The notes beneath the pieces were generated by a model, which had not been told where the DNA came from, searched no databases, and saw nothing but the letters and a program-made list of their open reading frames with translations. A stretch of DNA of 63,634 nt, counting the filler, from Octopus bimaculoides (taxonomy: Eukaryota): the NCBI RefSeq assembly GCF_001194135.2. It is 4 parts of 4 records of this genome, joined end to end, with 100 filler letters (N's around TTAATTAATTAA, not from the genome) between each part and the next. Parts side by side here need not be neighbours in the genome. Positions count along the whole stretch, not along the records: positions 1 to 13,452 come from NC_068984.1; positions 13,553 to 37,459 come from NC_068982.1; 2 more parts are not named here. The stretch is one strand, 5' to 3'. Both the position numbers and the translations under genes were made by a program. Of this stretch, positions 12,067-24,699 are shown in pieces; within the stretch, counting starts at the first letter, position 1, and the number at the start of each line of letters is the position of its first letter.

Positions 12067-12589
12067 GATTTCGCTTTCGCCTTCCTGCAATCTACAGCTG
12101 ATTCTGAAACAAGTAAAGGTTTTGATGTGTAATAAACATGAAAAATATGTCAAAACTTTCAGAACTAGATGCTGTGCTATTTAAGTGGTTTAATATAAAG
12201 GGTTCCAAGAGTACATGGATTTCAGGGCCAGTGGTCACTAAAAATACCATTTACATAAAAGTACGGGTTTTATGGAGAATTGTATGTTTGTAGGTGGATA
12301 GTATAGAAATATTAAAATATGACATGGTGTTTCTAAACTGAATTAGTCTGGTGAAAAGGAGCTGGTAGATATGAAGGGAGCTGAAAAATACAAAAGCGTA
12401 ATTTTGTTGTTTTTCTTTTAAGACAGTGTTACAATACACCAGCATACTTGTTAATCTTGCACTACACAAGTCCAAAGGTTGCTAGAGTAGCGAAACTGTA
12501 CTGAAGTGCAAAATATGGTCGAATGTATATAAATGTATATGTGTGTGTTTGCAAACATATATATAAATACACATACACACTCACACACG

Positions 12590-12809
12590 TACGAGGAGGT
12601 GCTGAAAAGTTCCTGGCTTTAAGGGTATCACAAAAGGCCTGGTTGGAGGTCACCCTTCTGAGTTCTTTTACAGGGCTTAGTAAAACTGAAGGACCACTGC
12701 AATAAGTGTGTGAGTCTGAGGTGAGAATATGTTGAATAAAATCATAATTAACTGATCCTCCTGTATTTTCTTTTACTCAAGGCCAGGAACTTTTCAGCAC
12801 CCCCTCATG
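12590..12809 (+). mobile_element. Non-autonomous mariner (Tc1/mariner) deletion derivative
   Basis: TA + TIR CGAGGAGGTGCTGAAAAGTTCCTGGCTT (12592-12619) and AAGGCCAGGAACTTTTCAGCACCCCCTCA (about 12779-12807); internal KLKDHCNKCVSLR.EYVE* resembles the mariner C-terminal KL..RW.KC....G.YVE motif. Confidence 0.85.
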
Positions 12810-12891
12810 TGTGTGTGTATGTGTGTGTATAGTTGTAGAAGCATGTATATATATATATGTGTGTGTATACATGTGTGTGTATCTATGTGTT

Positions 12892-12930
<39 letters not shown>

Positions 12931-12954
12931 ATGCATTTGTGTGTACTATGTCTT

Positions 12955-13075
12955 CTGCATATAGTAGAAGATACCTTGGGCAAGTGTTTTTTACTATACC
13001 CCTAGGCTGATCAAAAGCTTTTGAGTGGATTTAATAGGAATAGACTGAAAGAAGCCTGTTGTATATAAGTATATA
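12955..13075 (-). mobile_element. SINE family A core fragment
   Basis: Rearranged core: GGGCAAGTGTTTTTTACTATACCCCTAGGCTGATCAAAAGCTTTTGAGTGGATTT...ACTGAAAGAAGCCTGTTGTATAT; strand assignment is uncertain. Confidence 0.5.
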
Positions 13076-13149
13076 CGTGTATTTATTCACATATATATAT
13101 GTGTGTATATATCTATGTATATATGTGTATATATACATATGTTTATATA

Positions 13150-13415
13150 TGACATTTGGTGATATGCCCTGCTTGAGAAGACCTGTCAAGCCAAGTGAAG
13201 TTGTAGCCTGACAGATACTGGTATCACACAACTGGCACCTGTACTGGTGGCACATAAAAGCACCCATTACACTCTCAGATTGGTTGGCGTTAGGAAGGGC
13301 ATCTAGCCATAGAAACCATGCCAAATCAGACTGGAGTCTGGTGCAGCCACTCAGCTTACCTTACAATCCCTAGTCAAACCATCCAACCCATGACAGCATG
13401 GACAACAGATGCTAA
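13150..13415 (+). mobile_element. RTE LINE 3' fragment
   Basis: GCTTGAGAAGACCTGTCAAGCCAAGTG...GGTGGCACATAAAAGCACCC...TAGTCAAACCATCCAACCCATGACAGCATGG. Confidence 0.85.
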
Positions 13416-13452
13416 ATGGTTGTCCCATTTTGTATTATATATATATATATAT

Positions 13453-13552
13453 NNNNNNNNNNNNNNNNNNNNNNNNNNNNNNNNNNNNNNNNNNNNTTAA
13501 TTAATTAANNNNNNNNNNNNNNNNNNNNNNNNNNNNNNNNNNNNNNNNNNNN
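13453..13552. other. Artificial 100-bp scaffold spacer N44-TTAATTAATTAA-N44
   Basis: Identical layout three times (13453-13552, 37460-37559, 61364-61463); TTAATTAATTAA places TAA stops in all six frames. Confidence 0.9.
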
Positions 13553-13650
13553 TGGAATGATCATTACAATTGTTTCGGTGCATCAATATCAACTAGTAAT
13601 TATATACTAGTTGATATTGATGCACCGAAACAATTGTAATGATCATTCCA
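13553..13650. repeat. Perfect palindrome, 45-bp arms with 8-nt spacer, at a contig edge
   Basis: 13553-13597 is the exact reverse complement of 13606-13650. Confidence 0.95.
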
Positions 13651-13886
13651 CGTCTCATATTGAAATTCTTATAGTAATTATATACTATACATCTTATTGC
13701 ATTAATATCATTTAACAATAGCTATGTACATGCACGTTATCGGGAGAGTAGAATCCGAAGCACTGCTAAATCATCTTTAGTTTCTCTCTGTTTTATATCC
13801 ACACCACAATGCTATTTTTGTCATACAGCAACACGGGATTAAAAAGAAATACAGATTAGACAAAATGCCACACACACACACACACA

Positions 13887-13931
<45 letters not shown>

Positions 13932-16444
13932 ATATAAACGCGTGTGTCTTTTGAGTTTCCGAGTGTGTTTGTGTGTGTGGACATTTTGCCAGAATAACTT
14001 ACAAGTTACTTTTCTATAATCATTTGTTGATATTTTAAAGACAATGCATTGTGTCGACGGAAATTGGTTTCCGTTATCTTTACGAAGTCTAAACTAAGTG
14101 AACGTGATAATTTTGTTGTATAAATCTGACAGATATGCCAGATATTTTCTAAACTATTTCTTGTTCCTCCAACAATTCGAGAATTGTATATTTTAAATGC
14201 TGCTTTAATAAATCGGTCATTCACCGGATTTCACAACTCAACAGTTCCATATCATCCCCGAATGTGTGTTTTGTGTCTGATTGTTACTTCGTAAGAAAGA
14301 GTGGGATGGCTTTGTGAGATGGCTTTCTGAAAGTAATTGCATTCACGCTGAATAACAAATCTTCTCAACATTCATGTTTATCTTTGTATTAGGTTTCTGT
14401 TTATTTCTTTTCTTTATCTTATATATGTAAGTAATTTACTTCGTCGCTAAGTACAATTTTCTCATCTTCAGATAAAAGATTACTGTAAAGAAATATCTAG
14501 ATAAAGAAATAATATTTTTTTATTCATACATGATTAAATATTTTGTTCATTTTTAATCATCACTCAACTAAATTCATATTATTTACAACATAAATTAAAT
14601 TACAATATGATTAGAATGTAATCACACTCTTGTAGATAATTTCTTTTGCGTGGAACGAAAAAATCATACTTAAACAAGACAATGAAATACTGCTACAGTT
14701 TAGTCAGTACATTATGTCCGAAAGAAACTACCAATGTGTTTGCTGGTTCTAAAGTAATAATTTAGATCATTTCTAAGATATTTACATTTCTCGCAGTTTC
14801 TGTCAGACCTAGTTTACATCAACTGGCAGGTGCTCATATTCAAACTCGCCCCATCATTGTCACTCGAACTTATTTTATTGAAGGTCAAATTATTTAGCAC
14901 TGTATCATTCATTCTATTCTTGCAAGAAAACGCATGATTTAACAAGGATTTTGTTATTATTACTTGCCTATCAGACAATTTCGTTTTCATCATATTTTCT
15001 TTGTTGACGCGATATACGCTTAGTAAGATAATAATTTCAAGGAGGTTACGATTCACTGATGAGTTTATCTTCTCTCCAAAAAGCGTCTCCTCACTGACAA
15101 GGGATCAGGTAACACTGATCTCTTAAGCTTTTAAATTTATATTAATAACAAAAACAATTTTGAAGTAACCTCCTGTGTTTTTATATTCCGCTTCTTCTAC
15201 TTGCAGTTAGGAATCACAGATAATTTAAAATCAGTTTGAGAACATAGTTTTCAATAATAAGCCATGATTACTTTATACAAATTGAGCTAGTATCTTACTT
15301 GTTTGATAGCCAATATCGTATATTATACGTCTTCATGACTTTCACTAATATTTTCAAATTGATGTTAACAGTATACACATTTGTCTCATACCTGTATAGT
15401 ATTACTCTCAACAAATACCCCTGTAGTTTCAGTATTAAATTCATTCGAACGATATCTGTCTACTCAAGTCCCCGTGAACAGTTACTTTCACAATTATCCT
15501 CGCACTGTGATCGAACTAGAAATTACTCGGCCATATAACAGCATCTTTAAACACATGTCTTCCTGTCAACATAATTATATCCAACTAGTTTATATTATTT
15601 TGTTTTAGCTTATCCAATTACGATTTGTCATTCATTGAAAATAAATAAACGAAGAAAACAGGTAGCTGTCACTAGCTAGCTGCTACCAGATATCTGGTTG
15701 CAGCTAGCTTGTGTCTGATAAATATTTTGTTTGTATCTACTTTGGTATCATTAATTTGGTACGTAAACATCAGTAAAGATATGACAACTAAACTTATGAC
15801 CGTAGTGCTAATAATATTTATCATTGTCTCTGCAAACTTATATTGTTTCATTATTGCAACACTGACGTGGAAACATTGCCGTTCAAAATGAATGTAGAAT
15901 CATTGACAAAATCAATAGGACTTTCTGCCTATTAGAAAAGTGTTACATATTTCACTTAGCGTAAATGAGATAAGAATAAGGAAAATATTATTTCAAAGAT
16001 AAACAGAGACGAAATGTAATATCTGCTTTCAGAATACTGAAAAAATTACTTATTACAAATCGATAAATTTAAGTAGCTCCAAAAATACTTATATCAACGA
16101 TAATAAATAGAAGACGGAAGGAAAACCAAAACAAATGATATGAAATTCTTACAATTAAAGTACCAATATATCTACAACTATAATGTCTTTAATAGAAGTA
16201 TATGCATGTGTGTGTGTGTATGCGTGTATGCGTTTGCGTGTGCGTGTTTTAAGAGAAAACAAACATAAAATAATAAAAAAAGATGTATATAGAGAAATGG
16301 AGACGCTTGATTATTGTCAATGTAGTAACACATGTATATCTGAAAGTAACAATTATTTATAAATATATAAATATAAATGATGTTTGGTTTATTAGGAAAT
16401 AAACTGCAGAATATTTAGTTCTATTCTAAATATGCATGAATATG

Positions 16445-16491
<47 letters not shown>

Positions 16492-18325
16492 NNNNNNNNN
16501 NNNNNNNNNNNNNNNNNNNNNNNNNNNNNNNNNNNNNNNNNNNNNNNNNNNNNNNNNNNNNNNNNNNNNNNNNNNNNNNNNNNNNNNNNNNNNNNNNNNN
16601 NNNNNNNNNNNNNNNNNNNNNNNNNNNNNNNNNNNNNNNNNNNNNNNNNNNNNNNNNNNNNNNNNNNNNNNNNNNNNNNNNNNNNNNNNNNNNNNNNNNN
16701 NNNNNNNNNNNNNNNNNNNNNNNNNNNNNNNNNNNNNNNNTAGTCTCGTATTTCGAGCACAAACAACAACAAAAAACCTCTGCTCACAGTTTCACGTTCC
16801 CTGTTCGTCACTGTCCGACGAACAAGAACATGAAACTCTTAGTAGCCGTTTTTTGGTGATATTTTTGCAGATTTAATAATAAAGCATATTAATCTGACTC
16901 CAGTATTCGAGTTCTATTTTTCCTACCTTGCTTCACATTGATTTGCTTAATCTGGTAGATAGATAGATAGAAAGATATATATATATATATATATAGATAG
17001 ATAGATAGATATATACATACATACATACATACATACATACATACATACATACATACATGCTTGCATACTTACATGTATAGAGACAGGCAGACAGAAATAC
17101 ACACTTATAATTTTTGTGGGTGTAATAGAAGACACGTAATGGACACCTTTACTGGGCTGCAGGCAATTGAGTCTCGGAATGTTTTCCTCGGGAATGTGAC
17201 GTTTCACGGTGCCCCAATCAACTCAAAATGAATGAATAAATAAATAAATAAATAAATAAAAAAGAAATGGTATAACAGCAGACTGTACATATAACAATTG
17301 TCACGTTATTATATACGAAGGAGGACAATGGGAAGACAATGCGTTTCTGTCTGCTTGCAATGACATAGGTATCTATAGCTGTAAGAAAACGCATTGTTAT
17401 TTGCTTGCTCATTTAACGTATCCGAATGACGGCTATGGAATGATATGAATGAATCTGAATGTCTGTGTGTGTGCATGTGTGACTATTGTGTGAGACAGTA
17501 TTTGCGTGTGTGGTAAATAACAAGAATGACTTAGTGATTAAAAGGCTTGAAACCTAAATATTAGTAAAATGAAATCATATATATATTGCAAGTAATTACT
17601 ATATACAAAATGTGTCAACTGTACCGAATGCACGCAGTTGCACATATTCATTAGATCATTACACAATATGCATTTGCCAATCTCATATATTTTGTGTCGA
17701 TGCAGACTTCCACTAAGCTTAATATTTGCGAGGGGTCTCAACAAATTGAACACTCGTATTCTCGTTTAAGCATTACATAAATCTCAATTATTCGATTACT
17801 AATTTAGGTTGAGACATGACAGTATGTCGAGCAAAAATATTAATATATCTTAATTTCCCCAGAACCTAATATATGATTAATTGCAAGTACACGCGCACAT
17901 GGCCCCACACAAATCTACACACGCACTTATCAATATATATATGAATATACATATATATATACACACACATATCTATCTATCTACCTATCTNNNNNNNNNN
18001 NNNNNNNNNNNNNNNNNNNNNNNNNNNNNNNNNNNNNNNNNNNNNNNNNNNNNNNNNNNNNNNNNNNNNNNNNNNNNNNNNNNNNNNNNNNNNNNNNNNN
18101 NNNNNNNNNNNNNNNNNNNNNNNNNNNNNNNNNNNNNNNNNNNNNNNNNNNNNNNNNNNNNNNNNNNNNNNNNNNNNNNNNNNNNNNNNNNNNNNNNNNN
18201 NNNNNNNNNNNNNNNNNNNNNNNNNNNNNNNNNNNNNNNNNNNNNNNNNNNNNNNNNNNNNNNNNNNNNNNNNNNNNNNNNNNNNNNNNNNNNNNNNNNN
18301 NNNNNNNNNNNNNNNNNNNNNNNNN

Positions 18326-18381
<56 letters not shown>

Positions 18382-18442
18382 TATATATATATGTGTATAT
18401 ATGTATACATACATGTACGTATATCTGTATATATACATATAC

Positions 18443-18474
<32 letters not shown>

Positions 18475-18484
18475 TTATGCGTGT

Positions 18485-18815
18485 GACTCTGTTGTTAGAG
18501 TGGCAACCATACGATCATGAGGTTTGGAATTCGATTCCCGGATCAGGTTGCGTGTTGTGTTCTTGAGCAAGACACTTTATCTCACGTTGCTCCTATTCAC
18601 TCAACTGTAGAAATAAGCTTGCTACGTAACTCGTGTCAAGCTGTATCAGCTCATTTGCCTTTCCCTTGGATAACATCGGTGGCGTGGAGAGGGGTGTCTG
18701 GTATGCATTGGCGACTGCATACCAGGTTATGTGTTCGCCGGTGAGGTGACTTTCTGCCCAGATTTGTACCCAGGAGGGGAACCTTGTAGGTACACCCATG
18801 GTATTTCGTGACCGA
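18485..18815 (+). mobile_element. tRNA-derived SINE, family B-related
   Basis: GGAATTCGATTCCCGG B-box-like motif, GTTGTGTTCTTGAGCAAGACACTTTATCTCACGTTGCTCC core, and 3' GGTATTTCGTGACCGACGGAGT end like 7320-7340. Confidence 0.7.
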
Positions 18816-18843
18816 CGGAGTCGTGTTTATATATATAAACATC

Positions 18844-18891
18844 GTCTCCGATGAAGGGATATATAAAATATCCCGGAAACAGATGTAAGGC
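18844..18891 (+). ncRNA. Minimal (Penelope-type) hammerhead-like motif, core variant
   Basis: GUCU-CCGAUGA-A-GGGAUAU[loop]AUAUCCC-G-GAAA-C[AGAU]G-UA-AGGC: stems I, II and III can be drawn, but the core has U4>C. Confidence 0.5.
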
Positions 18892-20504
18892 CTTCTCTTT
18901 ATAAACGTTCTGAAATCTTTCACAGCCTTGGATTTTTATTTTATTCTGTTAACTGTGCATATATATATATATATGGAGAGAGAGAGAGAAAGCACATCCT
19001 AACATTTTTTTTATACCGTTATTGAATCTGGAGGTTTCAAATAGTTATCTATCTGAAATATCTGACCCTCTCATAACTTTATGTATAAAAATAATCATAT
19101 ACAGCATATCATAAAGTATTCCTATGATCTTTAATAATTTAAAGTTTATCAAAGCTTTTTATTATGTCCACAAATATAATATCCACTTACGGATTTCAAC
19201 TCATAATTTTTCTGGAATCGGACTCACCGATTATGTCATGCTGATTATCATTTTGGCGCATTACTTTGTAATTCATAGTAAATTTTGGCAATGCTTTGAG
19301 TAATTGTTGTTTTCATTATAAACCAAAATTTTTCTTGCTGGTTCTTCATGTCAGCATCAATACCTCTAAAGCTTTACCAATTCAGTATGTTCCCCATTAA
19401 ATGTGTAACCCCACTTTTTACAATAATTATTATCTGTTTATATATTTTATCTTCTATGTATTTCATGTTATATGTAACAACTTTCTTTCGGCTTGCATAG
19501 CCCATGAGCTACCTTTAATTCTTTAGCTGTTGAAATCTCCCTCCTGCTCTTCTTTTTCCCAAGTACTTTTGCCTTTTCATAAATACATCTTTATTATCCA
19601 TTTTACACTTTCTGTTGAATCTCATCTCTTTACATAAGTATTGTTTTGCGACGTGTTCCGATATATATGTATTTACGTTGTGCATCCATCTACCACCTGG
19701 CGTCCTTCACTTCTTCTTTATATTCTGTTTTCTGTATATTCTGCATTTACTTCTTTAGCGGAGTTTTAATCAATTCTTTGGCTGTTTATTCACTCTTCGT
19801 TCTGTGTTTACTTATTTCCAGGTATTTAAACCAGATTTATAATAACATTGGTAAACTCACTCGTAGCATAAAGTTTTGTTTTTCATTTTCGCTCACAAAT
19901 TATAATAGACGTACGGTTTCCTTTATGTTTATCATATCCTCGTTGAATCACTAGCAAGATTATGTTCTCTGTCTGAAGTAAAAGAAACTTCTGGCAAATG
20001 AAAATTTCTATGATTACTACACCTGCATATCGATCCTTAAATACTAAATTACGTCTTAATCGGAATACAATACTACTTACAAGCATGCATCGAGCTAGAT
20101 GTAGTGTGAGTCATTTGTGAAATATTACCAATCCATACCTCCCTTTCTGAACCAAGATATGCTACACTTCTCACCTAGAAAATAGGTATCGTTCACATTT
20201 CACGCATGAAATAAGGCTCATACACCGCTCTCATTAACAATAATGTTATAATCTATTCTCACAATATATCAAGCAGAAATGTTCGCTATAAACATATACA
20301 ATATGAAAGATGAGGCATTGTAACGGAACACAAAAGTGTTCGCTCAATTCTGCTGTAATTTAGGGGAGCAGAATAGTCTTTAAAAATAAAGTTTTATATA
20401 TTCTGTTTCATATGTCAATGTGTATGGTTGCATTTCGATGCATACACATTTCTGCCAGCTTATATATGCGTTATAGTGTAGAAAATATGAAGTATTAAGC
20501 TATA

Positions 20505-20935
20505 CGTGCAGGGGTGGCCATAGACGTAGGAGAGGCTGTAGGCGGAGGAGTGGCTGTGTGCTAAGTAGCTTGCATACTAACCACATGGTCCCGGGTTCAG
20601 ACCCACTGCGTGGCACCTGATGCGAGTGTCTTCTAATATAGCCTCGGGCCAACCAAAGCCTTGTGGGTGGATTTGGTAGACGGAAACTGGAAAAAGCCCA
20701 CCGTGTGTATATGTATGTGTGTGTGTGTGTGTTCGTATCCCACCATCGCTCGACAACCAATGTCAGTGTGTTAACGTCCCCGTAACTTATTGGTTCGGCA
20801 AATAAGAGAGCGATAGGATAAGTCTAGTCTTACAAGGAATAAGTCCTGCGGTCGATTTGTTCGACTAAAGGAGGTGCTCCAGCATCGCCTCAGTCAAGTG
20901 ACTGAAACAATTAAACGAATAAACGAATGAAAGAA
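20505..20935 (+). mobile_element. SINE family A, near full length
   Basis: Head GGAGTGGCTGTGTGCTAAGTAGCTTGC...GGTTCAGACCC, core TATAGCCTCGGGCCAACCAAAGCCTTGTGGGTGGATTTGGTAGACGGAAACTG, 3' GCTCCAGCATCGCCTCAGTCAAGTGACTGAAAC. Confidence 0.9.
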
Positions 20936-21305
20936 TTCATTATAAATAAACTTTCGTTGTAAAGATATAAATTTTATTAAAAATTCAAAGCTAGGATCTG
21001 TACAAGGCTTTTTGATTGGACATAACTCGTAAGTCGAGTAGAGTCTTCCGCAATCGGACTATCTTGTTCTATATGGAAACTATTCAATATATATGTTGCA
21101 TTTGGGGAAGGTTCAAAATCACTGAAAGGATGGAATTAAATATATAAATATTAAATACCATTGTACAAGCAATGATTTCAACGTTATTGATGCCGTAATT
21201 GGATGTGCATTAATTTGTGGTCAATTTGTTATATGTGGGTTAATATGAATGGACACAGATTCAATTTGCACATATATGCCCATGCTGGTTGATATATTGA
21301 TTTGA

Positions 21306-21337
<32 letters not shown>

Positions 21338-23815
21338 CTAATATGAATTCATTTAATTTCATGATACAGAGACACCACTTTATTCTTTATAGCAACTACC
21401 CTATAGTTCAGTATCTGAGAACGTTCTTCTGACTGTCTTTTATTCGGTTCGTCTGATGATAACCTAAATGATATATATATATATGTATATATACGTGTAT
21501 GAGAGTGTGTCAGGATACGTGTTTGCTTCTGTGCGTGTGTGCATAAATATATATGCATAAATANNNNNNNNNNNNNNNNNNNNNNNNNNNNNNNNNNNNN
21601 NNNNNNNNNNNNNNNNNNNNNNNNNNNNNNNNNNNNNNNNNNNNNNNNNNNNNNNNNNNNNNNNNNNNNNNNNNNNNNNNNNNNNNNNNNNNNNNNNNNN
21701 NNNNNNNNNNNNNNNNNNNNNNNNNNNNNNNNNNNNNNNNNNNNNNNNNNNNNNNNNNNNNNNNNNNNNNNNNNNNNNNNNNNNNNNNNNNNNNNNNNNN
21801 NNNNNNNNNNNNNNNNNNNNNNNNNNNNNNNNNNNNNNNNNNNNNNNNNNNNNNNNNNNNNNNNNNNNNNNNNNNNNNNNNNNNNNNNNNNNNNNNNNNN
21901 NNNNNNNNNNNNTGGAAGAGCTTAGCCTCAAAACGTTAAAGACTTTTTCACTTCCAGAATGTCATATTAATACATCTGTTTGTTGTCTACACTACGTCTT
22001 TTGTTTCTTTTTTGTGAATTCTCCTTATATATGTATACATAAGTATAAATAAAATAAATGAAACCTTTTAAAGCCTAGCCAGGCTCATGGGCCCGGTTTC
22101 CCGGTTTCAATGGCGTATGTGTTCCCCAGCTGGGTCTGTTCTGACGCAAAGGCTACTGGATACAAATTCTTTTAAGATATCTGGAGTATCTTATGCCACA
22201 TGTTAATTTCTTCCATATGGAGAACATATACTACTTTTTCTTTTTACATTACCGAGATAAACATACATGGGTATTTAATTTATGTATCAGCGTGTATTTC
22301 TCAAAACATGGTGCGCAGGTTGCTGGTTTTAGATTATAGAATCAGGTGAGGATACTGTTTATTGGTATTAATTAATAAAATACTTAGGTCTTATAACATA
22401 CATACGTTCTTCTCCTTAACGATGTCTGATGTGTAATACTTTGTATGTAGCATAAGTATACGTTCCATATTTGTCATAGGAAATGTGTTATATGATGTGT
22501 TCTGTTATTAACCTGTTAATACTTCGCTATATTAAATTAGGAGAATTCGCATAATAATCTAACTACAAGGTAATTTATTATGTCCATTAAAGGAACTGCC
22601 TTGAATAACTTCTACAGCATGTAATAAAGTTACAGATGTATTCCCTAGATAATACTCATATGTATACGTGCATAGCACCTACAACATACGTTCATAAGTC
22701 ATTAGATACGCGAACAATCCGCACTACGACAGCAGTTACCATTTTAAAAGCAACGCCAGTTATTCACTTTCAGAAAATTGTAACCTTTATGGAAAGCCAT
22801 AAATAAATATTAGAATTCTGCAGCAGCAAAATTATACTGGTGTCGATAACAAAGAATATAATCAGCTATGACTTCAACCATATTATCACCGAGCAATCAG
22901 ATGTCACAATGAGAATGAAGGTCTATCGGTAGATTTGAATGCAATTTAATGCAGAATGAAACAATAACATGGACATTAATGGAGTAAGATGAGATGTTAG
23001 GCAATCTCTGACTCAATTTCCCTTCCTGTTTGTTAATTTAACTTGCCGAATGCAAAGGCATTAAGGCAATCATTTTGAAGAAATTAAATAAACATTGGTT
23101 TTATGAGGCTTTTGTATTTGGGGAGCTACAAGAAAATTGCAAATGATGGAAACTTATCAAATTTCTGTAGAAATGCATAGATCTGATAATATGAAGGAAT
23201 ATAATACTTACTACAAGAAACAAAAGTCAGAAGCTGGTTTAAATTAATTCACAATCATTTCTACTCGCAAAACCTGTCTACCTTTGGTCGGCAAATTATT
23301 TTAACGTTATAGGAAAGCTTCAGTGGATTGTGTATGCTACTACCAATGTATTCTTTATTCATCTTTCAACATATGAAAACTAAACGGGCGTAAACATTTA
23401 ACTCAACAACAAAAATTCTACATAGTGCTGAAAATAATTATTAAATTTCAGCCAATCATATTCTTGTAAATTTTAGAAATTAATACCAAACAATTTTATA
23501 TACTTACATCAAACATACTGTTGTACCACTGCAAAGTGAAGATTGCTACAATACATACTTCAGCAAGTGATTCAGAAAATATATATAAAATAAGACCACT
23601 TGGAATTTATGCCATGCAATAACTACGTTGTATTGATTCATGCTATAAATAAGGTGGTTTTTTGAATTACATGAACTAAAAGCCGGAGTGGAATGGGATA
23701 GACAACCTGCATCAATTAGCTATGTAAGCAGGTAGTAATTTAATATTGTACTTATTTCTAGTGCAAGTTTTGAAGAGTGCAGTTAGATTTTAACAGTTAT
23801 TTTTTCGAAGCTATA

Positions 23816-24390
23816 ATGGAAGTTACAAATGAGCAGACTCGGCAATTTTTTCTTTATGATTTTAAGAAAGGTAATAATGCAACGGAATGTGCGAGGATAT
23901 TAATGCAGTATATGGGAACCGGACAATACGCGTAAGACAGTGTCAACGGTGGTTCCAGAAATTTCGAGCTAGTTCCCATCTTAACTGTTGAGAAACTAGC
24001 AGAGAAACTTGGATTTGGTCATTCAACCATTCATCGACAACTGTGTGGTTTAGGAAAAGTCAGCTAATTGGGTCAATGGGGTCCTCACAATCTTTCCGAA
24101 TCTAATCGCGCGCAGAGAGTGAATGTGTGCTCTGTTTTACTGTCACGTCTCACGAATTAACCAGTTTTGGACGGAATAGTGACTGGTGACGAGAAATAGG
24201 TTCTCTATAAAAACGTCAAACGCTGAAGACAGTGGGTAAAGAAAGGAGAAACACCCCCAACCAGGCTAAAAATGTTCTTCACCGGCGTAAGGTGTTGTTA
24301 TCTGCTTTGTGGGATATGAAAAGTTTAATACACTTTGAACTTTTAAACCCAAACCAGAAGATAACAAAGGAGGTTTACTGAAAGCAATTC
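23816..24390 (+). mobile_element. Degenerate mariner transposase (internally deleted, with stops and frameshifts)
   Basis: ATG 23816: MEVTNEQTRQFFLYDFKKGNNATEC..., QCQRWFQKFR (HTH), WGPHNL (WVPHEL motif), IVTGDEK (first catalytic D), KVLLSALWDMKSLIHFELL, ITKEVY. Confidence 0.9.
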
Positions 24391-24659
24391 TGGTTTTAGA
24401 TGGTGATGCGTGTAATAATTACATTAAATATCTTCCCCTCAAAAAATGATGAATTACAAAATTGTCTTTCCTCTAAAGTATAATTTAATGGATTTTAATG
24501 AGTGACATAATTTAGTGCTTAAGAGATGGTTACAATATGTAGAAGATAGCGTGATGAGTAACATTCCAAGTTATGGTGGCTATCTTTATTGCAGAGGGAA
24601 TACAGAATACTACCACATATGCCAACGATTAAGTATGTATTTTAATGAACCTTGGATAA

Positions 24660-24699
<40 letters not shown>

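Noticed and set aside
14814-15093. Minus-strand ORF of about 90 codons with a possible acceptor
   Set aside because: No recognisable domain or OAR motif; length is within chance range.
19200-20080. Possible decayed retroelement ORF on the minus strand (also 22400-23650, +)
   Set aside because: Purine-skewed and ORF-like, but no diagnostic motif could be read with confidence.
21913-21950. Third hammerhead-like remnant (GAAGAG...CCTC-AAAACGTTAAAGAC)
   Set aside because: Truncated by a gap, lacks the CUGA part and GAAA is mutated; cannot be supported.
23940-23970. TGGTTCCAGAAA (WFQK) as the missing homeobox helix-3 exon
   Set aside because: Context is QCQRWFQKFR, the mariner transposase HTH, flanked by other mariner motifs; there is no NRRAKW.
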